From Clostridia bacterium (GTDB lineage: Bacteria > Bacillota > Clostridia > RUG12999): a stretch of 64,000 nucleotides of DNA. The first letter of the stretch is position 1, and each line of letters starts with the position of its first letter. Below the pieces are notes generated by a model. The model was not told the origin of the DNA and searched no databases. It saw only the letters and a program-made list of their open reading frames with translations. Positions 11,123 through 22,100 of the stretch are shown piece by piece. The translations under genes and the position numbers were made by a program. The stretch lies in the NCBI GenBank assembly GCA_045648785.1, contig JAZROP010000041.1, positions 20,268 to 84,267 on the forward strand, given 5' to 3'.

Positions 11123-12055
11123 TTAGTTATTTATTTCTTTAGTATCCGACCACAACTCTTTAACGGAGGTTGCAAGTGATGCAACACCCTGAAGTTCAGA
11201 TGGTATAATTAATTTGGTTGATTTTCCGTCAGCGACTTTTTCAAGTGCTTCATAGCTTTTTAAAATAAGCACTTCTTTGTTGGGATTTGCTTTGTTTAAA
11301 AGTTCAATACCATCAGCGGTTGCCTGCTGAACACGAAGTATTGCCTCGGCTTCACCTTCGGCTTTTTTGATTGTTGCCTCTTTTTCAGCTTCTGCATAAA
11401 GTATCTGCGATTCCTTTTCGGCCTCAGCCTTTAAAATCTGTGCCTGTTTTTCACCTTCGGCAACAAGTATAGCACTTTTCTTGTCACCTTCTGCACGCAG
11501 GATAGCTTCGCGCCGTTCGCGTTCAGCCTTCATCTGTTTTTCCATGGCGTCACGGATTTCTTTTGGAGGCATAATATTTTTAAGTTCAACACGATTGATT
11601 TTTATACCCCACGGGTCGGTAGCTTCGTCCAAAATTGTTCGCATCTTTGTATTAACAACATCACGGGAGGTGAGCGTTTCGTCAAGCTCCATATCACCGA
11701 TAATGTTTCTGAGTGTTGTTGCAGTAAGATTTTCAATAGCAACAAGAGGACGGTCTACACCATAAGTATAAAGCTTAGGTTCTGTAATCTGGTAATAAAT
11801 TACAGTATCAATTTGCATGGTAACATTATCTTTTGTAATAACTGGCTGAGGGTCAAAATCAACAACCTGTTCCTTTATAGAAACCTTTTTTGAAATCTTG
11901 TCAATAAACGGAACTTTAAAATGAAGTCCGACACTCCAGGTTTCTTTGTATGCACCAAGGCGTTCAACAATATAGGCATGCGCCTGGGGTACAATTTTAA
12001 TATTTGCAATAATTAAAATTGCAGCAATAATAAGGACAATAAATATTAATTCCAT
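11123..12055 (-). CDS. SPFH/band-7 (stomatin-like) membrane protein
   Basis: N-terminal TM helix followed by an SPFH domain (IVPQAHAYIVERLGAYKETW...) and a C-terminal coiled-coil A/E/K-rich tail. Confidence 0.85.
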   Translation of the reverse strand: MELIFIVLIIAAILIIANIKIVPQAHAYIVERLGAYKETWSVGLHFKVPFIDKISKKVSIKEQVVDFDPQPVITKDNVTMQIDTVIYYQITEPKLYTYGVDRPLVAIENLTATTLRNIIGDMELDETLTSRDVVNTKMRTILDEATDPWGIKINRVELKNIMPPKEIRDAMEKQMKAERERREAILRAEGDKKSAILVAEGEKQAQILKAEAEKESQILYAEAEKEATIKKAEGEAEAILRVQQATADGIELLNKANPNKEVLILKSYEALEKVADGKSTKLIIPSELQGVASLATSVKELWSDTKEINN

Positions 12056-12058
12056 ACA

Positions 12059-12499
12059 TTACATTCCTTTCATTTTAACTATAAGCTTAACACCTGAAAT
12101 TTCAACAATTTCAACAACTTCACGCTCGGAAATAATAAATCCGTGCTCCGAACGGGCTGACCATACATTGCCGTCAATTTTAACCTGACCTGTTCCTGCA
12201 AGGTTATCAATTTTTTCGATAACAATAGCCTGTTTACCTACAAGACTGTCAATATTGGTAGAGGTCTTACGGATATATTTTACTGCCAAAGGGCGTGTAA
12301 AAATAAGCAGAACAACTGTAGCAACAACAAAGAAAATAATCTGGAGAGAAGAACTGCCTCCAAGTGCTGATACAACCATTGCTGCAATGGCACCAAATCC
12401 AAACCATATAGTTGTTAAATTGACGGTAAGTGCTTCAACAGCAAACAAAACAATTGCAATTACAAGCCACAAAAATTCAGAATTAGTTAAAAAATCCAT
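12059..12499 (-). CDS. NfeD-family membrane protein, partner of the SPFH protein
   Basis: Two TM helices plus a C-terminal OB-fold-like segment, 3 nt upstream of the SPFH gene. ATG at 12499 is preceded by GGAGGTG. The TTG at 12562 from the ORF track lies inside the repeat element and is rejected. Confidence 0.75.
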   Translation of the reverse strand: MDFLTNSEFLWLVIAIVLFAVEALTVNLTTIWFGFGAIAAMVVSALGGSSSLQIIFFVVATVVLLIFTRPLAVKYIRKTSTNIDSLVGKQAIVIEKIDNLAGTGQVKIDGNVWSARSEHGFIISEREVVEIVEISGVKLIVKMKGM

Positions 12500-12520
12500 G
12501 TAAACACCTCCATACAGTAA

Positions 12521-12659
12521 TTCTTTGCGAAAGCAAAGCAAGGTTCCGGGGACCCATCGCAATCTTTGATTGCGTTAATGGGTCGGGTTGTTATTGCGAA
12601 AGCAAAGCAAGGTTCCGGGGACCCATCGCAATCTTTGATTGCGTTAATGGGTCGGGTTC
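12521..12659. repeat. two identical tandem copies (about 65 nt unit, 69-bp period) of a structured intergenic repeat between prfB and nfeD
   Basis: Unit TTGCGAAAGCAAAGCAAGGTTCCGGGGACCCATCGCAATCTTTGATTGCGTTAATGGGTCGGGTT occurs at about 12525-12589 and 12594-12658. It contains the hairpins TTGC-GAAA-GCAA and CCCAT-CGCAATC-TTT-GATTGCG-TTA-ATGGG. Confidence 0.8.
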
Positions 12660-13782
12660 TTATTTTTCCTTCAGATTGCCAAGACTTTGGCGTTTTAAGT
12701 ATTCATTTATAAAACCATCAATTTCTCCATCCATAACTGCACCAACATTACCCATTTCGTAATCTGTACGATGGTCTTTCACCATTGTATAAGGATGGAA
12801 AACATATGAACGAATCTGGCTACCCCAAGCAATATCCTTCATATTGCCCTTGATATCCTCAATTTTATCCATTTTTTCACGCTCAGCTATTTCCAGAAGC
12901 TTGGATTTAAGCATTTTCATACAGGTTTCTCTGTTCTGAATCTGTGAGCGTTCTGTCTGGCATGCAACTACAATTCCTGTAGGAATATGTGTAATTCTGA
13001 CGGCGGATTCGGTTTTATTAACATGCTGACCGCCTGCACCACTGGAACGATAGGTATCTACCTTTAAATCTTCGGTGCGAATTGTAATTTCGATATCATC
13101 ATCAAACTCGGGCATAACATCAAGTGATGCAAATGATGTGTGGCGTCTGCCCGAAGCATCAAATGGTGAAATGCGAACAAGTCTGTGAACGCCCTTTTCA
13201 GTTTTTGCATATCCGTAAACATTTGTGCCTGAAATAAGCATTGTAACACTTTTAACACCGGCATCATCGCCATCTAAAATATCAAGGATTTTTGTTTCAA
13301 AGCCGCGTCTTTCAGCCCATCTGAGATACATTCTCATGAGCATTTGCACCCAATCCTGTGCCTCGGTTCCGCCAGCGCCTGCATGAAGTGACAAAATTGC
13401 GTTGTTTTTGTCATATGGACCGGTAAGTAGGGTATCAAGACGCATTTTTTCATAATTTTCAGTTAAGTTTCGGCAGCCTGAAATAATTTCTTCTGCCATA
13501 TTTGTATCATTTTCCTCGTTTGCCATATCAATCAGGAGAAGTAAATCTTCCCGCTCTGTGCAAAGAGATTCATATGATAAGATTTTTTCTTTAAGTGCTT
13601 TTGTTTTGCGGAGCACTTTTCCTGAGTTTTCCATATCATCCCAGAAATCGGGGGCAGTTGCCTGATTTTCCAAATCTGAAAGTTCGGATTTTAGTGCAGG
13701 CAAGTTAAAGTGAATCACCTAACTCTTTAATGCCGTCTTCAAGATTTCTTAAAGATAATCTGTATTCTTCAAGCTCTAACAT
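12660..13782 (-). CDS. prfB: peptide chain release factor 2, expressed through a programmed +1 frameshift
   Basis: ORF0 is ATG(13782) MLELEEYRLSLRNLEDGIKELGDSL, 25 codons, followed by UAA. The +1 frame continues NLPALKSELSDLEN...DFWDD...GGQHVNKTESAVRITHIPTGIVVACQTERSQ (SPF/GGQ motifs). The shift site is CTT TAA C with AGGTGAT three nt upstream. Confidence 0.9.
13700..13716 (-). other. prfB +1 recoding site (SD-like AGGUGAU, then CUU UAA C)
   Basis: Codon 25 CUU is followed by the in-frame stop UAA. The downstream body is in the +1 frame. Confidence 0.8.
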
Positions 13783-13800
13783 TTTTTCACAACCTTTCAA

Positions 13801-16521
13801 TTATGGTCTGCAGCATTTTTTATATTTTTTACCTGAACCGCATGGGCAAGGGTCGTTTGGACCAACTTTTTTCTCAGCTTTTACAGGCTTTTTTTCCACA
13901 GTGCCGTCACCATGAGATGCAACAAGTGGTTTTGCAACCTCTTCACGCTCAGTGCTTGCACCCTGACGCACAGTAAGCACCATTTTAACAGTATCTTCTT
14001 TAATGTTTGCGGTCATTTCGTCAAACATATCCATACCTTCGTATTTAAACTCAATTACCGGGTCGCGCTGACCATATGAGCGGAGGTTAATACCTTTTTT
14101 CAGCTCATCCATCATATCGATGTGGTCCATCCAGTAACGGTCAATATTACGAAGCATGATTACACGCTCAATTTCACGAAATTGTTCACCAAAAATTTCT
14201 TCCTGCTGAGCATATTTTTCCATAGCTTTTTCTATGGATTCGTTTGTAAAAGAGGTAAGCGTCATTGATTCCATCTCATCACGGTCAATTTCAAGCGTAC
14301 CATCATAGATAAAAGTATTAAAATATAATTTTAGTCCGTCAATATCCCAGTTATCAGGAATATCACTTCCGTTTGAGAAGCGTTTTGCCGCATCGGTAAT
14401 AACATCGGTAATCATTTTTTCAATGTAGGGTTTTAAGTTTTCGCCGCTTAAAACTTTTTTGCGTTCGCCATAAATAATGGTACGCTGTTCATTCATAACT
14501 TCGTCAAACTGAAGAACATGTTTTCTGATTGAAAAGTTTCTTCCCTCAACATTTTTTTGTGCGTTTTCAATAGCATTTGTCAGCATTGAATGTTCGATAG
14601 GTTCATCTTCGGGGAAATTAAGAGCACTTATCACACCTTTAATTTTATCCGAGCCGAAAAGACGCATTAAATCATCGTCAAGAGACATATAAAACCTTGT
14701 TTCACCTGGGTCGCCCTGTCGACCGGCACGACCACGGAGCTGATTATCAATTCGTCTTGATTCATGGCGCTCTGTACCTATAATGCATAAACCACCGCTT
14801 TTTATTACTTCTTCGTGTGCTTGTGAAATCTCGTTTTTGAATTTTTCAAGCAGGTAAGAGTATTCTTTTCTTGCATCAAGAATTTCGGCGTTATCAGTAT
14901 CAAAAAAACCTGAGGCATCGGCAATCATTGCGTCTGTATAACCCTTTTTGGACATTTCGTTTTTAGCTAGATATTCGGCATTACCGCCAAGTGTAATATC
15001 AGTACCTCGACCTGCCATATTGGTAGCAATTGTAACTGCACCCGGCTTGCCCGCCTGAGCAACAATCTGCGCTTCTTTTTCATGGTGTTTTGCGTTTAAA
15101 ACCTCATGTTTGATACCGCGTTTCTTTAATAGTGCACTTAAAAGCTCTGATTTTTCAATGGAAATAGTACCAACGAGCACAGGCTGGCCTTTTGCATGAG
15201 CTTGTTCAATTGCTTTAATAACTGCAGCAAATTTACCTGCCTCAGTTTTATAAATATGATCAGATTGGTCTTTTCTGAGAAGCGGCTTGTTTGTAGGAAT
15301 TTCAATAACATCAAGTGAATAAATCTGTTGAAACTCAGCTTCCTCGGTGAGAGCAGTACCTGTCATACCGGCAAGCTTTTTATACAGTCTAAAATAGTTC
15401 TGGAAAGTGATTGTGGCAAGAGTTTTACTCTCGCGTGCAACAGTAACACCTTCTTTGGCTTCAATAGCCTGGTGCAGACCGTCACTGTACCGTCTGCCTA
15501 TCATAAGTCGGCCAGTGAATTCATCAACTATAATAACCTCTCCGTCGCGAACAACATAGTCAATATCGCGTTTCATTATACCATGGGCACGGATGGCTTG
15601 GTTTATATGGTGAACTATCGTTGTATTTTCAATATCCGAAAAGTTTTCAAGCTTAAAAGCTTTTTCAGCTTTTTCGATACCCTGTTTTGTAAGGGTAACA
15701 TTTCGTGCTTTTTCATCAACAAGATAATCAGCGTCAATATCATCATAAGATTCTTTTGTGTCAAACTCTTTGCGTTTATACGCCTTTAAACCTTTTGCAA
15801 ACTGGTTTGCAAGGGAGTAAAGCTGGGTTGAGGCATCGCCCTGACCGGAGATAATAAGGGGAGTTCTTGCCTCGTCGATAAGTATTGAGTCAACCTCGTC
15901 TACAATGGCGTAAGGCTGTCCTCTTTGCACCATGCGTTCTTTATATATAACCATATTATCGCGCAGGTAGTCAAATCCAAGTTCGTTATTTGTGCCGTAG
16001 GTAATATCGCAGTTATAGGATGTTCTGCGTTCATCGGGTTCCATACCTGACAAAATAAGACCAACAGACAAACCCAGGAAACGGTGAACCTTGCCCATCC
16101 ATTCGCTGTCTCGCTTTGCAAGATAATCGTTTACGGTTACAATGTGAACACCTTCGCCGGACAGAGCGTTAAGGTAGGCGGGAAGAGTTGCAACAAGCGT
16201 TTTACCTTCACCGGTTTTCATTTCGGCAATTCTGCCCTGGTGCAAAATAATACCACCAATTACCTGAACTCGGAAAGGACGCATACCGAGCACACGGTCA
16301 CAAGCTTCTCGTACAGTTGCAAATGCCTCAGGGAGAATGTCATCAAGAGTTTCTCCACCCGAGAGTCTTGATTTAAACTCGTCAGTTTTAGATTTCAGCT
16401 GAGCATCAGTAAGATTTTTATATTCTTCTTCTAATGCATCAACTTTATCGGCGATCGGAATTATCCTTTTAAGCTCGCGGGAGCTATATGTTCCGAAAAC
16501 CTTTTCTATAAGTTTCTTCAT
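13801..16521 (-). CDS. secA: preprotein translocase ATPase SecA
   Basis: 906 aa with DEAD-motor motifs and the C-terminal zinc-binding [13 protein letters not shown]. prfB follows 18 nt downstream (secA-prfB operon). Confidence 0.95.
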   Translation of the reverse strand: MKKLIEKVFGTYSSRELKRIIPIADKVDALEEEYKNLTDAQLKSKTDEFKSRLSGGETLDDILPEAFATVREACDRVLGMRPFRVQVIGGIILHQGRIAEMKTGEGKTLVATLPAYLNALSGEGVHIVTVNDYLAKRDSEWMGKVHRFLGLSVGLILSGMEPDERRTSYNCDITYGTNNELGFDYLRDNMVIYKERMVQRGQPYAIVDEVDSILIDEARTPLIISGQGDASTQLYSLANQFAKGLKAYKRKEFDTKESYDDIDADYLVDEKARNVTLTKQGIEKAEKAFKLENFSDIENTTIVHHINQAIRAHGIMKRDIDYVVRDGEVIIVDEFTGRLMIGRRYSDGLHQAIEAKEGVTVARESKTLATITFQNYFRLYKKLAGMTGTALTEEAEFQQIYSLDVIEIPTNKPLLRKDQSDHIYKTEAGKFAAVIKAIEQAHAKGQPVLVGTISIEKSELLSALLKKRGIKHEVLNAKHHEKEAQIVAQAGKPGAVTIATNMAGRGTDITLGGNAEYLAKNEMSKKGYTDAMIADASGFFDTDNAEILDARKEYSYLLEKFKNEISQAHEEVIKSGGLCIIGTERHESRRIDNQLRGRAGRQGDPGETRFYMSLDDDLMRLFGSDKIKGVISALNFPEDEPIEHSMLTNAIENAQKNVEGRNFSIRKHVLQFDEVMNEQRTIIYGERKKVLSGENLKPYIEKMITDVITDAAKRFSNGSDIPDNWDIDGLKLYFNTFIYDGTLEIDRDEMESMTLTSFTNESIEKAMEKYAQQEEIFGEQFREIERVIMLRNIDRYWMDHIDMMDELKKGINLRSYGQRDPVIEFKYEGMDMFDEMTANIKEDTVKMVLTVRQGASTEREEVAKPLVASHGDGTVEKKPVKAEKKVGPNDPCPCGSGKKYKKCCRP

Positions 16522-16537
16522 TATGATTGTAACCTTT

Positions 16538-18409
16538 CTATTCCTCTGTGTTTTCGCCTAATTCTTCTGTTTTTACTTCGTCAAGGGTGAAAAGCTTTTC
16601 AAATGTAGGACCGTCAATTTTTTCAAATTCCATAAGAGCATCGGCAACACGCATAAGTTTATCTTTGTTTTCGGTAAGAAGTTTAACAGTATTTGAATAG
16701 CATGAATCTATTATGCCGGAAACTTCTTTGTCAATAACAGAAGCAAGTTCTTCACTGAAACTCCTTGTCTGAGTCCAGTCTTTGCCGATAAATACTTCGT
16801 CGTTAGAAGAACCAAAAGTAATTGGACCAATTTTTTCACTCATACCATATTTGGTAACCATTTTACGCGCCATATCAGATGCACGCTCAATATCGTTTGA
16901 TGCGCCTGTTGAAATATCACCCAGAACAATCTGTTCAGCGGCACGACCACCAAGAAGAATATTGATTGACTCAATCATAAAGTTCTTGGTAACATAGTAT
17001 TTATCCTCGGTAGGCAGATGCATTGTATAACCGCCTGCCATTCCGCGGGGGATAATTGAAACCTCGTGAACAGGGTCCTGACCGGGGAAAAGTCTTGTAA
17101 TAACAGCATGACCTGCTTCGTGAATAGCAGTTAAACGCTTTTCTTTTTCAGTCATTTTGCGTGATTTCTTTTCGGCACCCATCATAACCTTCATAAGGGC
17201 TACCTGAATATCATCATTGTCAATAGCCGGCTTGGATTTACCTGCGGCTAGAAGAGCCGCCTCGTTGAGCAGATTTTCAAGGTCTGCACCAGTAAATCCT
17301 GCGGTTGTTTTTGCAACAACCTTAAGGTCTACATCGGGAGCAAGAGTTTTATTTTTTGCATGAACTTTTAAAATATCTTCACGACCACCAACATCAGGAG
17401 TGTTAACAACGATTTGTCTGTCAAAACGACCGGGACGGAGAAGGGCAGGATCCAAAATGTCAGGTCGGTTGGTTGCGGCAATAATAATAATTCCTTCATT
17501 AACGCCAAAACCGTCCATTTCAACCAGAAGCTGGTTGAGAGTCTGCTCTCTTTCGTCGTGACCACCACCGAGACCTGCGCCTCTATGACGACCAACTGCG
17601 TCAATTTCATCTATAAAAATAACTGATGGGGTTGATTTTTTTGCTTCCTCAAAGAGGTCACGAACTCTTGCTGCACCGACGCCGACAAACATTTCAACAA
17701 AGTCAGAACCGCTTATGCTGAAAAATGGTACGCCTGCTTCACCGGCAACTGCTTTAGCAAGAAGAGTTTTACCTGTTCCCGGAGGGCCAACAAGGAGAAC
17801 ACCTTTTGGAATTCTTGCACCAAGTTTTGTATATTTATCAGGAGATTTAAGAAAATCAACAATTTCCTCAAGATCTGCTTTTTCTTCATCTGCTCCGGCA
17901 ACATCATCAAAAGTTACCTTTTTACCAAGATTAGATAAAGTTTTGGCACGGCTTTTGCCAAAATTCATAACTTTGCCGCCGCCTGCACCGCCACCACCCT
18001 GCATCTGACGGAAAATAAAAACCCAGAAAATAACAAGAAGTACAGCAAAAATAAGATATGGGAGCATTGAAAGCCACCAAGGAGCTGTTGCAGGTGAGGG
18101 GGTTGTGAATTTAAAATCAGGGTTTTGTGCAACAAGTTCTTTTATTTCCTGAGTTGCAAATATTAGAAATAAATCAACTGACGGAATTTCAACAATCATT
18201 TCGCTACCACCAGTTAATGTGGCAATAGCCCTGCCTTCTTCAAGAACAAGCTCAGTAACCTCCTGTTTGTCAAGACAGCGCATCAGGTCGCTCATTGTAT
18301 GCTGCTCCATGGCAGGCTGAGTTCCCATCAGGGCGTAGACTATGATAAGTATTGCAAAAAGCAATACATAAAAACCTATGTTTTTTAATGTTTTTTTCAA
18401 ATTAATCAC
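16538..18409 (-). CDS. ftsH: ATP-dependent zinc metalloprotease FtsH
   Basis: N-terminal TM helices, AAA module [23 protein letters not shown] and HEAGHA zinc motif. Confidence 0.95.
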   Translation of the reverse strand: MINLKKTLKNIGFYVLLFAILIIVYALMGTQPAMEQHTMSDLMRCLDKQEVTELVLEEGRAIATLTGGSEMIVEIPSVDLFLIFATQEIKELVAQNPDFKFTTPSPATAPWWLSMLPYLIFAVLLVIFWVFIFRQMQGGGGAGGGKVMNFGKSRAKTLSNLGKKVTFDDVAGADEEKADLEEIVDFLKSPDKYTKLGARIPKGVLLVGPPGTGKTLLAKAVAGEAGVPFFSISGSDFVEMFVGVGAARVRDLFEEAKKSTPSVIFIDEIDAVGRHRGAGLGGGHDEREQTLNQLLVEMDGFGVNEGIIIIAATNRPDILDPALLRPGRFDRQIVVNTPDVGGREDILKVHAKNKTLAPDVDLKVVAKTTAGFTGADLENLLNEAALLAAGKSKPAIDNDDIQVALMKVMMGAEKKSRKMTEKEKRLTAIHEAGHAVITRLFPGQDPVHEVSIIPRGMAGGYTMHLPTEDKYYVTKNFMIESINILLGGRAAEQIVLGDISTGASNDIERASDMARKMVTKYGMSEKIGPITFGSSNDEVFIGKDWTQTRSFSEELASVIDKEVSGIIDSCYSNTVKLLTENKDKLMRVADALMEFEKIDGPTFEKLFTLDEVKTEELGENTEE

Positions 18410-18434
18410 TCTCCTTTGGTGATGGTATGTATTT

Positions 18435-18974
18435 TTATTTATTGTAAACTTCCGGCTTTAAAATGCCAATATAAGGAAGATTACGGTATTTTTCGTTATA
18501 GTCAAGACCGTATCCGACAACAAATTCGTTTGGAATGTTAAAACCCACATATTCAGCATTAATGTCAACCTCACGGCGTTCGGGTTTATCAAGAAGTGCA
18601 CACATGTTAACGGATAAAGCGCCCTTTTCGGTAAAATACTTTTTCAGAAAAACATATGTATTTCCCGAATCTATAATATCTTCAATGACAAGCACATGCT
18701 TGCCTGCAACATCTACATCCATAGGATATTTGAAAGTAACCTCTGCTGAGGATTTTGAACCAGAACCATAGCTTGAAACACGGAGGAAATTGATTGTTGT
18801 GTGGAAATCAATTTCGCGCACCAGGTCGGCATAAAATATGAATGAGCCTTTAAGTACAGAAATCATTACACATTCTTTGTCGCGATAATCATTAGAAATC
18901 TGGTTTGCGAGTTCTTTAATTCTTGTTGATAATTGATCTTTAGTAAAAAGTACTGATTTGATGTCGCTATTCAT
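18435..18974 (-). CDS. hpt: hypoxanthine phosphoribosyltransferase
   Basis: PRTase motif [13 protein letters not shown], 179 aa, sits between tilS and ftsH. Confidence 0.9.
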   Translation of the reverse strand: MNSDIKSVLFTKDQLSTRIKELANQISNDYRDKECVMISVLKGSFIFYADLVREIDFHTTINFLRVSSYGSGSKSSAEVTFKYPMDVDVAGKHVLVIEDIIDSGNTYVFLKKYFTEKGALSVNMCALLDKPERREVDINAEYVGFNIPNEFVVGYGLDYNEKYRNLPYIGILKPEVYNK

Positions 18975-20265
18975 TATTATACTCCTTATTTGTAATATTT
19001 AAAACAAAGGTTTTGTCACTTTTTGAAATATTGGGGAATATATCACTTTTTTCGTAGCCTAAAACATAAATAATCTCGCCGTCAACCGTTAATATGGGAA
19101 TTTTATTTCTCTCGCTTGCGGGAATTTTTTTGTCAATAAATAAATCACTTATTTTTTTGGTCATACCGCGGACACGGATTTTATCACCCGGTAAACGGGA
19201 ACGGACAACAACTTCCGAATCACAAGAAAGAGTGAAATTAATCGGGGAGGTTGTAATATTTGAGGCCAACAAACTATATTTTTCAAGTTCAATTTCACAT
19301 TCAGGGGTAATGGTGTAACTATAATGTTGTGGCAGGGTTTTTACGGCAGATAAAACCCCGCAGGAAATTTCAAAACTTCCGCCGGGAACATCAATTCTTT
19401 TTCCGCAAACTCCTGATTTTATCATATCTGCAACAAGCTTTATGTGCCTGAATTCAGGGGAAAGTCCTGCGTTTTGTGCAAGTCTTGAAAGCATGCGATA
19501 TATAACAGAGTTAGATAAGTAGGAAAGCTCGCTTAAAGGTAAACTAACACTATTTCCAACCAGTTTTTCAATTATTTCCTCAAAATATTCCTTATCAGCA
19601 GTCATAAGCTCACTCAATGAGGAAAAAGAGGAGAGTATATTGCTGTTAAAATCATTTAGCAGCGGCATAAGCTGGTGACGGATTTTGTTTCTTGTATAAA
19701 CAGTTGTTAGATTGGTGGAATCTGTTACAAAAGGCAGTTTATGCTCGAGGCAATATTCCTCAATTTCGCTGCGCGAACATGATAAAAGCGGACGAATAAT
19801 GTTTTCACGCTTTACAGGGATGCCGGAAAGTCCGGCAGTTCCACAACCTCTTATGATATGCATAATAATCGTTTCGGCGTTATCGTTTTGATTATGTGCA
19901 GTAGCTATAAGGTCTATGGAATTATCCGTTGTGATTCGGTCAAAAAATTTATATCTTTCATTTCTGCCTGCTGTTTCTTCCGAAATGCCGGATTCTTCCG
20001 CTATATGGGCTATGTCGGCACTAAATTTATAAAAAGGGATGTCATATTTTTTGCAAAAATTTTCAGCAACCTTTTCGTCACTTTCTGCTTCAGCACCGCG
20101 AAGCATATGATTTAAATGTGCGGCTGAAACATTATAGGACAGACTTTTTAAAATGTGTAAAAGACACATAGAATCTGCACCGCCTGAAAATGCGACCAAC
20201 ACTGACTGACCCTCAGCGATAAGAGAGTTTGCAGATATAAATTTTTTAACTTTTTCAGCAAGCAT
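18967..20265 (-). CDS. tilS: tRNA(Ile)-lysidine synthetase TilS
   Basis: PP-loop motif VAFSGGADSMCLL; conserved tilS-hpt-ftsH order. Confidence 0.9.
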   Translation of the reverse strand: MLAEKVKKFISANSLIAEGQSVLVAFSGGADSMCLLHILKSLSYNVSAAHLNHMLRGAEAESDEKVAENFCKKYDIPFYKFSADIAHIAEESGISEETAGRNERYKFFDRITTDNSIDLIATAHNQNDNAETIIMHIIRGCGTAGLSGIPVKRENIIRPLLSCSRSEIEEYCLEHKLPFVTDSTNLTTVYTRNKIRHQLMPLLNDFNSNILSSFSSLSELMTADKEYFEEIIEKLVGNSVSLPLSELSYLSNSVIYRMLSRLAQNAGLSPEFRHIKLVADMIKSGVCGKRIDVPGGSFEISCGVLSAVKTLPQHYSYTITPECEIELEKYSLLASNITTSPINFTLSCDSEVVVRSRLPGDKIRVRGMTKKISDLFIDKKIPASERNKIPILTVDGEIIYVLGYEKSDIFPNISKSDKTFVLNITNKEYNNE

Positions 20266-20270
20266 AATTT

Positions 20271-21635
20271 TTAACCTTCAAATTTTCTGTTAATAGAAAC
20301 AAATCGTGTGATTTCAGGATTCCACAGCAGGTCAATTGAACAACAAGCACCGTTTCTGTGTTTTGCAATTGTGCATTTAACAATTTTGCTTGGATTTGTA
20401 TTTTCCTCCGACTGATCCTGATTGTTTTCCGATTCCTTATCAGCGTGAAGGAACATTACAATGTCTGCGTCCTGCTCAATAGCACCGGATTCACGCAGGT
20501 CGCTGAGCTGAGGCCTTTTATCGTTACGCTTTTCCGATTCACGGGAAAGCTGAGATAGTGCAATAACAGGAACATTAAGCTCCTTAGAAAGGATTTTAAG
20601 GTCACGGGAGATTTCGGAAATTTCCTGTTGACGACTTTCTGTTCGTTTGCTGCCTTTCATAAGCTGCAGATAGTCCACAATAATAAGACCAAGACCGTGT
20701 TCAAGCTGAAGCTTTTGTGCCTTTGCACGGATGTCTGTTATGGAAATACTTGAAGTATCATCAATATAAAGTGGAGCTTTTGAAAGTCTGCCAACTGCAT
20801 TTGCAAGAACCGGCCAGTCCTTTTCGCTGATGTTACCGGTACGAAGCTTGTCCCCGGGAACAAGAGATTCTGACCATATAATTCTTGTTCCAAGCTGTTC
20901 TTTAGACATTTCAAGGTTAAATACAGCAGTTGGTACATTGGCATGCATTGCAGCATACTGTGCGATGTTCATTGCAAAACTTGTTTTACCAACACCGGGA
21001 CGGGCTGCAATAATAATAAGCTCTGCAGCATGGAAACCATTTGTAATGGCATCGAGGTCGGAAAAACCCGAGGGCACTCCGCTGACCTTGCCGCGGTTTA
21101 AAGCATTTTGTTCAATTAAATCAAATGTACTGACAAGAACATCTTTGATATGAAAAATTCCGGTCATGTTACGGTTTTGCACAACATCATAAATGCACTT
21201 TTCGGCAGTACCCATTATAACGCTTATATCGTCATCACCGTCGTAACCCATTTCGGCAATAGTGTTAGCGGCCGAAATAAGTTTTCTGAGGGAAGATTTA
21301 TCTGAAACGATTTTTATGTACGCCTTTAAATTCTGAGTTGTAGGCGTAACAATAGCTAGGCGGGCAAGATAATCATAGCCGCCAATAGCATCGAGATTTT
21401 TGCCAAGCTCTTTTGTCAGTGTGATACTGTCAACGGCTTCACCACGATTCCATAAATCAAGCATTGCTGAATATACTAACTTGTTTTGAGGAATATAAAA
21501 ATCTTCCGGCGATAAATTTTCTGCAATTGTAATCAGACTTTGTGGATCAACAAATACACAACCGAGAACTGATTGTTCGGCTTCGTTATTGTACGGCAAA
21601 GTTCTTATGTTGAAGTTATCTTCCACGGTTTTCAC
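20271..21635 (-). CDS. dnaB: replicative DNA helicase (DnaB family; called dnaC in Bacillus)
   Basis: Walker A motif IIAARPGVGKTSFAMNIA plus the DnaB N-terminal domain; 454 aa, no intein insertion. Confidence 0.93.
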   Translation of the reverse strand: MKTVEDNFNIRTLPYNNEAEQSVLGCVFVDPQSLITIAENLSPEDFYIPQNKLVYSAMLDLWNRGEAVDSITLTKELGKNLDAIGGYDYLARLAIVTPTTQNLKAYIKIVSDKSSLRKLISAANTIAEMGYDGDDDISVIMGTAEKCIYDVVQNRNMTGIFHIKDVLVSTFDLIEQNALNRGKVSGVPSGFSDLDAITNGFHAAELIIIAARPGVGKTSFAMNIAQYAAMHANVPTAVFNLEMSKEQLGTRIIWSESLVPGDKLRTGNISEKDWPVLANAVGRLSKAPLYIDDTSSISITDIRAKAQKLQLEHGLGLIIVDYLQLMKGSKRTESRQQEISEISRDLKILSKELNVPVIALSQLSRESEKRNDKRPQLSDLRESGAIEQDADIVMFLHADKESENNQDQSEENTNPSKIVKCTIAKHRNGACCSIDLLWNPEITRFVSINRKFEG

Positions 21636-21650
21636 CTCCGGGAAATGTAA

Positions 21651-22097
21651 TTATTGTGCTGTTACGGATACTTTAAGCTCTGCCAAAACTTTTGGATGAA
21701 GTTTTATAGGAAGAGAAAATTCTCCGGTTGATTTGATAGGGTCGGAAAGAACTATTTTCTTTTTATCCACAACTATGTGGTGTTCCATTTTAAGTTTGTC
21801 TGCAATTTCGGCAGTTGTAACCGCACCGAAAAGTTTGCCGTTTTCGCCTGCTTTGGCGGAAACTGAAACAGTAACTTTAGAAATCTTTTCTTTAAGGGCA
21901 GTTGCTTCGTCAAGCTCTTTTTGCTCGCGGTAAGCTTTTGAATCCTGCTGTCCCTTAAGCTCGTTCAAAGCAGTTTTTGTAGGTTCAACTGCAAGGCCTC
22001 TGGGAAGAAGAAAATTGCGAGCATAACCATCACTTGCATTTATAATATCACCTTTTTTACCCTGACCTTTAACATCTTTTAAAAGAATAACTTTCAT
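21651..22097 (-). CDS. rplI: 50S ribosomal protein L9
   Basis: [32 protein letters not shown]. Confidence 0.95.
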   Translation of the reverse strand: MKVILLKDVKGQGKKGDIINASDGYARNFLLPRGLAVEPTKTALNELKGQQDSKAYREQKELDEATALKEKISKVTVSVSAKAGENGKLFGAVTTAEIADKLKMEHHIVVDKKKIVLSDPIKSTGEFSLPIKLHPKVLAELKVSVTAQ

Positions 22098-22100
22098 GAT

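Noticed and set aside
12500-12562. TTG start for nfeD at 12562 (ORF track)
   Set aside because: That start lies inside the intergenic repeat. The ATG at 12499 has a GGAGGTG RBS and begins at the first TM helix.
20271-21635. Intein in the replicative helicase
   Set aside because: The protein is 454 aa with contiguous DnaB motifs and no insertion.
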